Below, piece by piece: positions 9,975 to 17,997 of a stretch of 55,953 nt of DNA. Numbering within the stretch: position 1 is the first letter of the stretch; each line of letters opens with the position of its first letter. The translations under genes and the position numbers were made by a program. Source of the DNA: Fusobacteriota bacterium (GTDB lineage: Bacteria; Fusobacteriota; Fusobacteriia; Fusobacteriales; JBNJFI01); contig JBNJFI010000004.1 of assembly GCA_051746725.1 (NCBI GenBank), positions 2,530 through 58,482 of the forward strand, read 5' to 3'. The notes beneath the pieces were generated by a model. It saw only the letters and a program-made list of their open reading frames with translations, was not told the DNA's origin and made no database searches.

Positions 9975-11801
9975 TTATTCTACTGTAACACTCTTTGCTA
10001 AATTTCTAGGTTTATCCACATTTAAACCTCTCTTGTCTGCAATATGATAAGCTAATAATTGAAGTGGTAATACTGTCAATACAGGGCTAAATAATTCATC
10101 TATGTCATGTGTTTTCAAAACAACATCAGCATGTTCCTTTACATTTTCATCTCCATCAGTGGCTACTGCAATTATTTTTCCATTTCGTGCCTTTATCTCT
10201 TGTATATTACTTATTATTTTTCCATAAGTTTTACTTGACTTTGTAGCAATTGCAACTGTTGGGACATTTTCTTCTATAAGAGCTATTGGACCATGTTTTA
10301 ATTCTCCTGCTGGATATCCTTCAGCATGAATATATGATATTTCTTTTAATTTCAATGCGCCTTCTAATGCAATAGGATAATTGATATTTCTTCCTATAAA
10401 CATTAAGCTATTGACATTTTTAAATTCTTCCGAAGCATCTAAAATCTCAACATCTCTTTTCAAGACTTCATCTGCCATTTCTGGTAATTTATTTAAATTA
10501 TTTATTATTTTAGTTCGTTCTTGTTTATCTAATATTTCAAGTTTCTCCCCTAGATATAAAAGCAATATATAAATAGCTATAAGCTGTGATATAAATGCTT
10601 TAGTTGAAGCCACTCCTATTTCTGGACCAGCATTTGTATAAATCGTTCCATCAGATTCTCGAGTTATAGTGCTTCCAACAACATTTATAATTCCAATAAC
10701 CTTTGCTCCTTTTTCTTTAGCTTCTCTTAAAGCAGCTAAAGTATCAGCTGTTTCCCCAGATTGACTAATAACAATTACCAAATCTTTATCTGAAAGAATC
10801 GGATCTTTATATCTAAATTCTGAAGCCACATCTACTTCTACAGGTATTCTTAATTTTTTTTCTAATATATATTTACCTACTAAACCGGAGTGATAGCTGG
10901 TTCCACAGGCTACAATATTTATTTTTCTAATATTTTTTAATTCTTCTTTAGTTAATTCTATTTCATTTAACTCCACAGAGTTACCTTTAATCTTTCCACG
11001 AAGAGTATCTTCAATAACTCTTGGTTGCTCATATATTTCTTTTAACATAAAATGTTTATAACCATTTTTTTCTGCCATATCAACAGACCAATCAATATTT
11101 TTAATCTCTTTTTCTATTTTATTTCCATCTAAATCAGAAAAAAGCACTTCATCTTTTTTGATTATAGCCATATCTCCATCATCTAAAAAAACAACATTTT
11201 TTGTATGTTCTAAAACTGCAGGTATATCAGAGGCAATCATATTTTCATTTTCCCCTATTCCCACTATCATCGGAGAACCTTTTCTAGCAACTACTATTCT
11301 GTCTCCTTCGGTTTTAGACATAACTGCTATTGCATAAGCACCTTCTATATATTTAAGTATCTTTTGTACAGCTTTATAAAGATCACCTGTATAATATTCC
11401 TCAATAAGGTGTGCTATAACTTCAGTATCTGTCTCAGACTCAAATGTATGTCCTTTTTCAATAAGTTCTTCTTTTAATTCTAAATAATTTTCTATTATTC
11501 CATTGTGAACTAAAACAAGGTCGTTATTGCATCCAGTATGGGGATGAGAGTTCCTTCTCGACGGCTCACCATGTGTTGCCCACCTTGTATGACCTATTCC
11601 CATATGACCTTGTATATACTCTTTATTTAAAGTTTCTCCAAGGGCAGATAGTTCGCCGACTTCTTTTCTTATTTTTATTTCGCCATCTTCTAAAATTGCA
11701 ATTCCTGCTGAATCATAACCTCTATACTCTAGTTTAGATAAACCGTCGTATAAAACTTTTTTGGGAGATTTCCCCCCTATATAACCTACTATTCCACACA
11801 T
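9975..11801 (-). CDS. glmS: Glutamine--fructose-6-phosphate aminotransferase
   Basis: MCGIVG start, EYRGYDSAG, GHTRWATHG, SQSGETADT, C-terminal PRNLAKSVTVE. Confidence 0.98.
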   Translation of the reverse strand: MCGIVGYIGGKSPKKVLYDGLSKLEYRGYDSAGIAILEDGEIKIRKEVGELSALGETLNKEYIQGHMGIGHTRWATHGEPSRRNSHPHTGCNNDLVLVHNGIIENYLELKEELIEKGHTFESETDTEVIAHLIEEYYTGDLYKAVQKILKYIEGAYAIAVMSKTEGDRIVVARKGSPMIVGIGENENMIASDIPAVLEHTKNVVFLDDGDMAIIKKDEVLFSDLDGNKIEKEIKNIDWSVDMAEKNGYKHFMLKEIYEQPRVIEDTLRGKIKGNSVELNEIELTKEELKNIRKINIVACGTSYHSGLVGKYILEKKLRIPVEVDVASEFRYKDPILSDKDLVIVISQSGETADTLAALREAKEKGAKVIGIINVVGSTITRESDGTIYTNAGPEIGVASTKAFISQLIAIYILLLYLGEKLEILDKQERTKIINNLNKLPEMADEVLKRDVEILDASEEFKNVNSLMFIGRNINYPIALEGALKLKEISYIHAEGYPAGELKHGPIALIEENVPTVAIATKSSKTYGKIISNIQEIKARNGKIIAVATDGDENVKEHADVVLKTHDIDELFSPVLTVLPLQLLAYHIADKRGLNVDKPRNLAKSVTVE

Positions 11802-11831
11802 CTTATCTTCTCCTTAAAATTTTTTTAAGGA

Positions 11832-11975
11832 AATTAGCTACTGAAATAACTTTATTATAGAATTACTTCTATTTTTTGTATATTTCTCAGGTTGTAACCA
11901 CCTTCAAAGCATCCGCCGAATATTTCGATAACTTTGATCCTCGTCTCCTATATCAAATAGGTCTGGCGCTATTTT
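11832..11975 (-). ncRNA. glmS ribozyme (GlcN6P-activated self-cleaving riboswitch)
   Basis: Minus strand AGCGCCAGA-CCUAUUUGAUAUAGG-AGACGAGG...UAUCGAAAUAUUCGGCGGAUG...GUGGUUAC...GUAGCUA matches the core (P1, P2.1/P2.2, P3.1 pseudoknot, P4) directly 5' of glmS; predicted cleavage between 11970 and 11969. Confidence 0.95.
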
Positions 11976-12008
11976 TTCTTCTTAATTTCCTTATTTTTAA
12001 ACAATGCA

Positions 12009-12037
12009 ATTATACCATATAAATATCTTTTAATCAA
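12009..12037 (-). promoter_or_regulatory. Sigma70-type promoter of the glmS leader
   Basis: TTGATT-17 nt-TATAAT with extended -10 TG, about 35 nt upstream of the ribozyme. Confidence 0.75.
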
Positions 12038-12085
12038 ACTATTTATATTTTAGGATCATCTATTAACTTATATTATATCATAAAT

Positions 12086-12117
12086 AAAAAAGGACATCCT
12101 CTCGGATGTCCTTTTTT
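12086..12117 (-). terminator. Intrinsic terminator after the porin gene
   Basis: AAAAAAGGACATCC-tctc-GGATGTCCTTTTTT perfect stem. Confidence 0.88.
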
Positions 12118-12144
12118 ATTTATGATTATTAAAATTGATTATTC

Positions 12145-13170
12145 TTAAAATTCTACTGAAATTTCAGTTTCAAATGTCATTTCAGAATCTGTTGCATCTC
12201 CATCAGCGTCTGTCCAAATTTTATCACCTGATGATGCTAATTCTAATGTGTTAGCTATTGTTAATCCGTTCCATACTAAGTCAGCTCCAGCTCCAATTAT
12301 ATTTCTGTTGTTATCACCGTCATAGTATAATTCTTCCCCTAACATTTTAAAAGAACCATTAACTGATGCTGTTACACCAGTAGCAACTTCTCCTAAACCA
12401 TATGTAGCTTTAGCAAATATACCTATATCTGACATATCATTTGCATCGTTTGTAGTAACTGTTAATAATTCACCATTAAGAGTTATATCTCCCATAGTAT
12501 AAGATCCTCTACCATTTAATGCCATATCTGTAGCTATTCCATCATTATTGTTAATTGATAATTCACCTGTTACAGATAAGTTTTCAACACCAGTGAAAGT
12601 TGCTGCACCTTTTACACCAAATTTATTTTCATCTCCTACTGTTGTTGCATTAAGAGCTCCGTTTAAAGTTAATGGCGCATCAGCTGCTCCAAAAGAAATT
12701 TCTAGCCCTCCAGCATCTTGAGTATCTTTAGTTTCAAATTCATCTCCAATTCCTGTTCCTGCTTCAAATGGTTTGAAAGTTATTGAGTAAATATCACTTG
12801 GAGTAAACTTAATATATGTATCTCCACCATTTGCTTCACTTAAAGCCATCCCTACTGAAGTATCTAAATCTACAGCAACTTGAGCTTCAATACTATCATT
12901 AACATCTTTGTTTAATTTAAGTGACCCAACCATATCTGGATTCGCGTCATCTGTGTCATATCCCAAAGTTAATGTAGTTGTTTCATCTAACTCTTTTGTT
13001 AAATCTAACATGAAGTATTGATCTCCACCATCTAATAAATCTACTACGTCAGCATTTGAATTATACTTTAAAGCTGTATGAGCTACCTTTCCACTAACCG
13101 ACATATCCCCTGCAAATACTGTTCCTCCTACTAACATTACTCCTGCTACTAACACTGCTAATTTTTTCAT
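12145..13170 (-). CDS. Outer-membrane beta-barrel porin (probable major outer-membrane protein)
   Basis: Sec signal MKKLAVLVAGVMLVGGTVFA, alternating amphipathic beta strands, Gly/Asp-rich loops, C-terminal ISVEF (terminal Phe); start moved to MKKL at 13170. Confidence 0.75.
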   Translation of the reverse strand: MKKLAVLVAGVMLVGGTVFAGDMSVSGKVAHTALKYNSNADVVDLLDGGDQYFMLDLTKELDETTTLTLGYDTDDANPDMVGSLKLNKDVNDSIEAQVAVDLDTSVGMALSEANGGDTYIKFTPSDIYSITFKPFEAGTGIGDEFETKDTQDAGGLEISFGAADAPLTLNGALNATTVGDENKFGVKGAATFTGVENLSVTGELSINNNDGIATDMALNGRGSYTMGDITLNGELLTVTTNDANDMSDIGIFAKATYGLGEVATGVTASVNGSFKMLGEELYYDGDNNRNIIGAGADLVWNGLTIANTLELASSGDKIWTDADGDATDSEMTFETEISVEF

Positions 13171-13297
13171 CTTAATAACCACTCTCCCTTTTTTGATTTT
13201 ATATACTCTTATTATTAATTAACCTTCCACAAATATTATCGTTTAATTTGCAGAAAACTTTAAATTAAATTTTACGAAACATTAATATCTTATTAAA

Positions 13298-13326
13298 AAT
13301 ATACCATTTTTCATCTATTTTGTCAA
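13298..13326 (-). promoter_or_regulatory. Strong sigma70-type promoter of the porin gene
   Basis: TTGACA-17 nt-TATATT with TG extension; implies a 5' UTR of about 120 nt. Confidence 0.7.
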
Positions 13327-13448
13327 AGCTTTTTTACGCTAAAACTCCTATAAATAAGACGTTTAATTATTTTACGTTTAGTGTTAGAAATATTAGTTTT
13401 ATTTTAATACACTGTTTCATAAAAAATTACAAAATTAAAAAATCGGAA

Positions 13449-13703
13449 TTAAGCTTTTTTTGCTTCTTCAAATTTCTCCCAAACACCATTTTTCTGTAAT
13501 AAACTTTTCACAGTTCTTGTAGGTTGAGCACCATTTAATAAAAATTTAATGATTCCCTCTTCTTCTAATTTAATTTCCTTTGTTATAGGATTATAATTCC
13601 CTAAATACTCGATTACCTTTTTTGCTTTTCTTTTCTCCATTGCTGCCAATCTAAAGAAAGGCACCTTTTTTCTTCCAAATCTTACTAATCTAATTTTTAC
13701 CAT
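13449..13703 (-). CDS. rpsP: 30S ribosomal protein S16
   Basis: MVKIRLVRFGRKK...LGNYNP...NGAQPTRTVKSLL; follows ffh. Confidence 0.95.
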   Translation of the reverse strand: MVKIRLVRFGRKKVPFFRLAAMEKRKAKKVIEYLGNYNPITKEIKLEEEGIIKFLLNGAQPTRTVKSLLQKNGVWEKFEEAKKA

Positions 13704-13772
13704 TTTCTCTTTCCTCCTGTAATATTTTATATTTTTTTCTGAATTTATGATTTCATAAATTCAATTTTATAT

Positions 13773-15107
13773 TTAAAACGGTAACTTCATTCCTGGGAAT
13801 CCTTTTTTGATCCCCGACATTCCACCACCATTAAACATCTTCATCATCTGTTTCATTTGTTTAAACTGTTTTAATAAATTATTTACATCATGTACTTTTG
13901 TTCCACTTCCCTTAGCTACTCTTTTCTTTCGGCTTGCATTCATAACCTTAGGTTTTTGTCTTTCTTCTTTTGTCATTGATTGAATTATAGCTTCAATTTT
14001 TCCCATCTCTTTTTTAGCTGGAGTTAGATCTCCTAATTGGCTGGCCCCAGGTATCATCTTCATTATTTGAGTTAAAGGGCCCATTTTTTTGATTTGATTT
14101 AATTGTTTTAAAAAATCTTCTAGATCAAAAGTTTCTTTTCTTATCTTTTCTTCTATCTCTTTCGCCTCATCTTCATCTATAGTTTCTTGAGCTTTTTCAA
14201 CTAGAGATACAACATCTCCCATTCCTAATATTCTAGATACCAATCTATCGGGATGGAATAACTCTACGTCATCTAACTTTTCTCCTGTCCCAATGAATTT
14301 TATAGGCTTTCCAACTACAGATTTTATTGATAGAGCCGCACCACCTCTGGTATCACCATCTAACTTAGTTAATACAACTCCATCTATATTTATATTTTCA
14401 TTAAAATCTTTAGCTAAGTTAACAGCGTCTTGTCCTGTCATTGCATCTACAACTAGCATTATTTCTTGTGGCCGGACTACTTTTTTGACATCTTTTAATT
14501 CCTGCATTAATTTTTCATCTATATGTAACCTACCTGCAGTATCAATTATAACATAGCTTGCTCCTGTTTCTTTAGCTTCTTTTAAACCATTTTTACAGAT
14601 TTCAACAACATCTTTATTTTCCTTTTCAGTATAAACTGGTGTGTCTATCTGCTCTCCTAAAATTTGTAACTGTTTCATTGCAGCTGGTCTATATATATCT
14701 GCTCCTATCAAAAAAGGGTTTTCTCCTTTTTTGATTAAAAATTTTGAAAGTTTTGCAGAAAAAGTAGTCTTTCCTGCTCCTTGTAAACCGGCTAACATTA
14801 TTACCGTTGGACTTTTAGGAGATTTAGTTAATCGAGAATTTGTTCCTCCTAATAACTCCACTAATTCATCATTTACAATTTTAATAAACTGTTGCCCAGG
14901 ATTTATCCCTTTTAAGACATCGGTACCAATGGCTTTTTCTTTAATACCATTTATAAAGTTTTTAACAACTTTATAGTTAACATCCGCTTCTAAAAGAGAA
15001 AGTTTTACTTCCCGTAACGCTTCTTTAATATTAGAATCGGTTAATTTTCCGTGTCCTCGTATATTTTTAAAAATTTTCTGGAATCTATCTCCTAAATTAT
15101 CTAACAT
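13773..15107 (-). CDS. ffh: Signal recognition particle protein Ffh
   Basis: GLQGAGKTT, DTAGR, TKLDGDTRGGAALS, Met-rich M domain. Confidence 0.98.
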   Translation of the reverse strand: MLDNLGDRFQKIFKNIRGHGKLTDSNIKEALREVKLSLLEADVNYKVVKNFINGIKEKAIGTDVLKGINPGQQFIKIVNDELVELLGGTNSRLTKSPKSPTVIMLAGLQGAGKTTFSAKLSKFLIKKGENPFLIGADIYRPAAMKQLQILGEQIDTPVYTEKENKDVVEICKNGLKEAKETGASYVIIDTAGRLHIDEKLMQELKDVKKVVRPQEIMLVVDAMTGQDAVNLAKDFNENINIDGVVLTKLDGDTRGGAALSIKSVVGKPIKFIGTGEKLDDVELFHPDRLVSRILGMGDVVSLVEKAQETIDEDEAKEIEEKIRKETFDLEDFLKQLNQIKKMGPLTQIMKMIPGASQLGDLTPAKKEMGKIEAIIQSMTKEERQKPKVMNASRKKRVAKGSGTKVHDVNNLLKQFKQMKQMMKMFNGGGMSGIKKGFPGMKLPF

Positions 15108-15117
15108 CCTTCACCTC

Positions 15118-15432
15118 TCATATTTGAAACTTTTTTAATATAATTTCCAATTTTTTTTCATTAAAATTATTTTTAAGTTTTTCTAGTTCATGTTTTATGA
15201 GGCTTTCTTTTTTGTAAAACCCCAATTTTTTTTCATAATCTTTTAATTTTGAACTTCCTTTTTTGATATTCTCATATACTGCTTGCCTCGTTACATTATA
15301 CTTATCTCCAATTTCTGTTAAAGAAAGATCATTTTCAAAATACTCCGTCATATATATACTTTGTTTATTGCTTAACAAATTTTTATAATAAGTTAGAAGT
15401 ATTGAAACTTCAAAAAAGTCATCTAATTCCAT
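15118..15432 (-). CDS. ylxM: YlxM/p13 family HTH protein
   Basis: LLSNKQ..Y..NDLSLTEIG...VTRQAVYENIK...YEKKLG; canonical position upstream of ffh. Confidence 0.9.
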   Translation of the reverse strand: MELDDFFEVSILLTYYKNLLSNKQSIYMTEYFENDLSLTEIGDKYNVTRQAVYENIKKGSSKLKDYEKKLGFYKKESLIKHELEKLKNNFNEKKLEIILKKFQI

Positions 15433-15462
15433 ATATTACACCTCATTTTTAAATACAAGTAC

Positions 15463-15506
15463 ATTATAACATTTTTTCAAAACTTGTCAAGTGTTTTTTC
15501 TTTACA
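15463..15506 (-). promoter_or_regulatory. Promoter of ylxM-ffh-rpsP with an inverted repeat overlapping -35
   Basis: TTGACA-16 nt-TATAAT (TG extended); TGTAAAG-N8-CTTGACA dyad includes the -35 hexamer. Confidence 0.7.
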
Positions 15507-15556
15507 TGCATTTTATGTTTCTTGATAATCTCTTTGAATTTTTTTGGCCGTCTACG

Positions 15557-15587
15557 AAAAAAAGAGAGAGCTTTTAAGCCCTCTCTT
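15557..15587 (-). terminator. Intrinsic terminator after the ankyrin lipoprotein gene
   Basis: Minus strand AAGAGAGGGCTT-aa-AAGCTCTCTCTTTTTTT. Confidence 0.8.
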
Positions 15588-15602
15588 AATAAATTATATA
15601 AT

Positions 15603-16514
15603 TTATTCTTTTGCTCCTGCCTTTTTAAGCATTTCAATTATCTCTTCATTCCCTTGAGATTTAGCCAATTCTAAAGGTGTTTCACCATAAGAATCTTCAA
15701 AATTAACTCCCATCTCTTTCTCTATAAGTTTTTCAATGACATTTTTATACCCTTTATAAACTGCAAGCATAAAAGTTTCTTCTCCCACATTTGCACCTTT
15801 ATTATTGTCTATTTTAAGGTTAGCTCCTGCTTCAATTAACTCCATAATAATTTCAGGATCTGTAGCTTTCATCAGTGCTGTATCTCCTTTATTATTTTGA
15901 ATATTCAGATCTGCTCCTGATTTTATAAGTAATTTAGCTCCAACTTTATTGTTTTCCATAATGGATACCATTAAAGCAGTATTACCTCTTACATTTTGAA
16001 CATCTAAGTCTGCTCCACTATTAACTAAAACCTGTAATACATCAATTTTTTCTGAACTAGCTGCAACATCTAAAATTATCTTTCTTCCCTTTGAATTAGA
16101 TTTATTTGGATCTAACCCAGCATCTAATAATAATTCTGCTACTTTAGCATCTTTTGCCATCATTAAATATGTATTTCCAGATTCATCTTCAAAATCAAAT
16201 TCCACGTCTTTGGTTAATAAATATTCAATAAATTCAACGTTTCCATTTCGAACAGCTTCCACTAGAATAGTTGTTCCTCTACTCACAATATTTATATCTG
16301 CACCTTTTTCTATGTAGGTTCTAGCTTGATCATATTTTTCTTGTTGAACAGATCTTATTGCTCTTTTAGCTAATTGTTCTGTATTTACTTCTTGTTTTTC
16401 AGGTTTAACCTCTTTTTCTACTTTTTTAGTAGTTTCTGATGGTTGCTCGCTACTAGAACACCCTCCTAGTAATAGTAATGACGCAACTGCTGAAATCAAA
16501 ATTCCTTTTCTCAT
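15603..16514 (-). CDS. Ankyrin-repeat lipoprotein
   Basis: Lipobox LLGGC after a hydrophobic signal; repeated G.T.LM.A...LL..GAD.N ankyrin units; start moved to MRKG at 16514 (GGAGG RBS). Confidence 0.88.
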   Translation of the reverse strand: MRKGILISAVASLLLLGGCSSSEQPSETTKKVEKEVKPEKQEVNTEQLAKRAIRSVQQEKYDQARTYIEKGADINIVSRGTTILVEAVRNGNVEFIEYLLTKDVEFDFEDESGNTYLMMAKDAKVAELLLDAGLDPNKSNSKGRKIILDVAASSEKIDVLQVLVNSGADLDVQNVRGNTALMVSIMENNKVGAKLLIKSGADLNIQNNKGDTALMKATDPEIIMELIEAGANLKIDNNKGANVGEETFMLAVYKGYKNVIEKLIEKEMGVNFEDSYGETPLELAKSQGNEEIIEMLKKAGAKE

Positions 16515-16648
16515 ATTATCTCCTCCTATTTTATTAAATAATTTCATCTATTTAGTTTATTCTAACATATTACACAAAATAAATCAATCATTTAATTCTC
16601 TTTTTTGCTTTTTTGATTCATATTCAAACAAAGTTTATTAATTATTAA

Positions 16649-17920
16649 TCATTGATTTTTTAAAGCATTATGAGCTATGTCTTTTCTATAGTAATTTCCT
16701 TTAAAAGAAATAGTATCTATGTTTTTATATACTTTTTTGACAGCAGATCTTATTGTATCACCTTTTCCAATAACTCCAAGAACACGCCCACCATTAGTTA
16801 ATATTTTTCCTTCTTCTGTTTTAGTTCCAGCTTGAAAAACTAAAAGGCCTTTATTAAAAGCTTCTTTTATCCCTCTAATTTCATACCCCTTTTCATAAGA
16901 TATTGGATATCCTTCAGATGCCATGACTACACACGCCGTTGCTTTATTATCCCATTTTATACTTATCGAGTCTAAATTTTCTTCTGATATAGCCATAAAA
17001 ATATCAAAAAGATCACTTTTTAGTCTCGGCAAAATAACTTGTGTTTCTGGATCTCCAAATCTTGCATTAAATTCTACTACCTTGGGACCCTCTTTTGTAA
17101 TCATTAGTCCAGCATATAAAATGCCTTTATATTTTATTCCCTCTTTTTTTAAGGCTTCTAAGGTCGGCATCAATATCTTATCATAAATCTTTTTATTTAA
17201 TTCTTCTGTTATCACTGGAGCAGGAGAGTATGTTCCCATTCCACCTGTATTTGGTCCCTTATCTCCATCATATATCCTTTTATGGTCTTGAGAGGAAACC
17301 ATTGGTTTTATTGTCTTTCCGTCGGTAAAAGCGAGTATCGAAGCTTCTTGGCCCTCCATAAACTCCTCTATCACAACTTTTGTTCCTGCTTTTCCAAATT
17401 TTTCATCTTCCATTATAACTTTTAAACCTTCTCTAGCTTCCTCTAATGTTTGAGCTACTATTACTCCTTTTCCAGCAGCTAATCCATCTGCTTTTATTAC
17501 AATTGGAGCCCCTACTTTTTCTAAATATTCTTTTGCATTTTCATAATTTTTAAAAGTTTCATATTTTGCTGTTGGAATATTATACTTTTTCATAAGATCT
17601 TTTGAAAATTGTTTACTTCCTTCTAATTGTGCCGCTTTTTTGGAAGGTCCTACAATTTTTAACCCTTCCTTTTCAAAATCATCTACAATACCTAATATTA
17701 AAGGCACTTCTGGTCCAACAATTGTTAAATCAATTCCCTCTTTTTTAGCAAAATTTAATAATCCATCAATGTTATCTGCTTTTATCTGGATATTTTCTCC
17801 AAAATCCTCTGTCCCTGCATTTCCTGGTGCAATGAATATTTCATCTACTTTATTTGACTCTTTTAATTTCCAAGCAATGGTTGATTCCCTTCCGCCATTT
17901 CCAACTATAAGTACTTTCAC
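16649..17920 (-). CDS. purD: Phosphoribosylamine--glycine ligase
   Basis: GNGGRE, VGPEVPL, KADGLAAGKGV, GPNTGGMG, EFNARFGDPETQ. Confidence 0.97.
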   Translation of the reverse strand: MKVLIVGNGGRESTIAWKLKESNKVDEIFIAPGNAGTEDFGENIQIKADNIDGLLNFAKKEGIDLTIVGPEVPLILGIVDDFEKEGLKIVGPSKKAAQLEGSKQFSKDLMKKYNIPTAKYETFKNYENAKEYLEKVGAPIVIKADGLAAGKGVIVAQTLEEAREGLKVIMEDEKFGKAGTKVVIEEFMEGQEASILAFTDGKTIKPMVSSQDHKRIYDGDKGPNTGGMGTYSPAPVITEELNKKIYDKILMPTLEALKKEGIKYKGILYAGLMITKEGPKVVEFNARFGDPETQVILPRLKSDLFDIFMAISEENLDSISIKWDNKATACVVMASEGYPISYEKGYEIRGIKEAFNKGLLVFQAGTKTEEGKILTNGGRVLGVIGKGDTIRSAVKKVYKNIDTISFKGNYYRKDIAHNALKNQ

Positions 17921-17956
17921 TTTTTTACCTCCAGTTTAATTTTATAATTTAATGTC

Positions 17957-17992
17957 AAAAACTCCTAGAGATGTATTGTAATCCCTAGGAGT
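17957..17992 (-). terminator. Probable terminator between valS and purD
   Basis: Minus strand ACTCCTAGGGAT...ATCTCTAGGAGTTTTT. Confidence 0.7.
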
Positions 17993-17997
17993 ATGCT

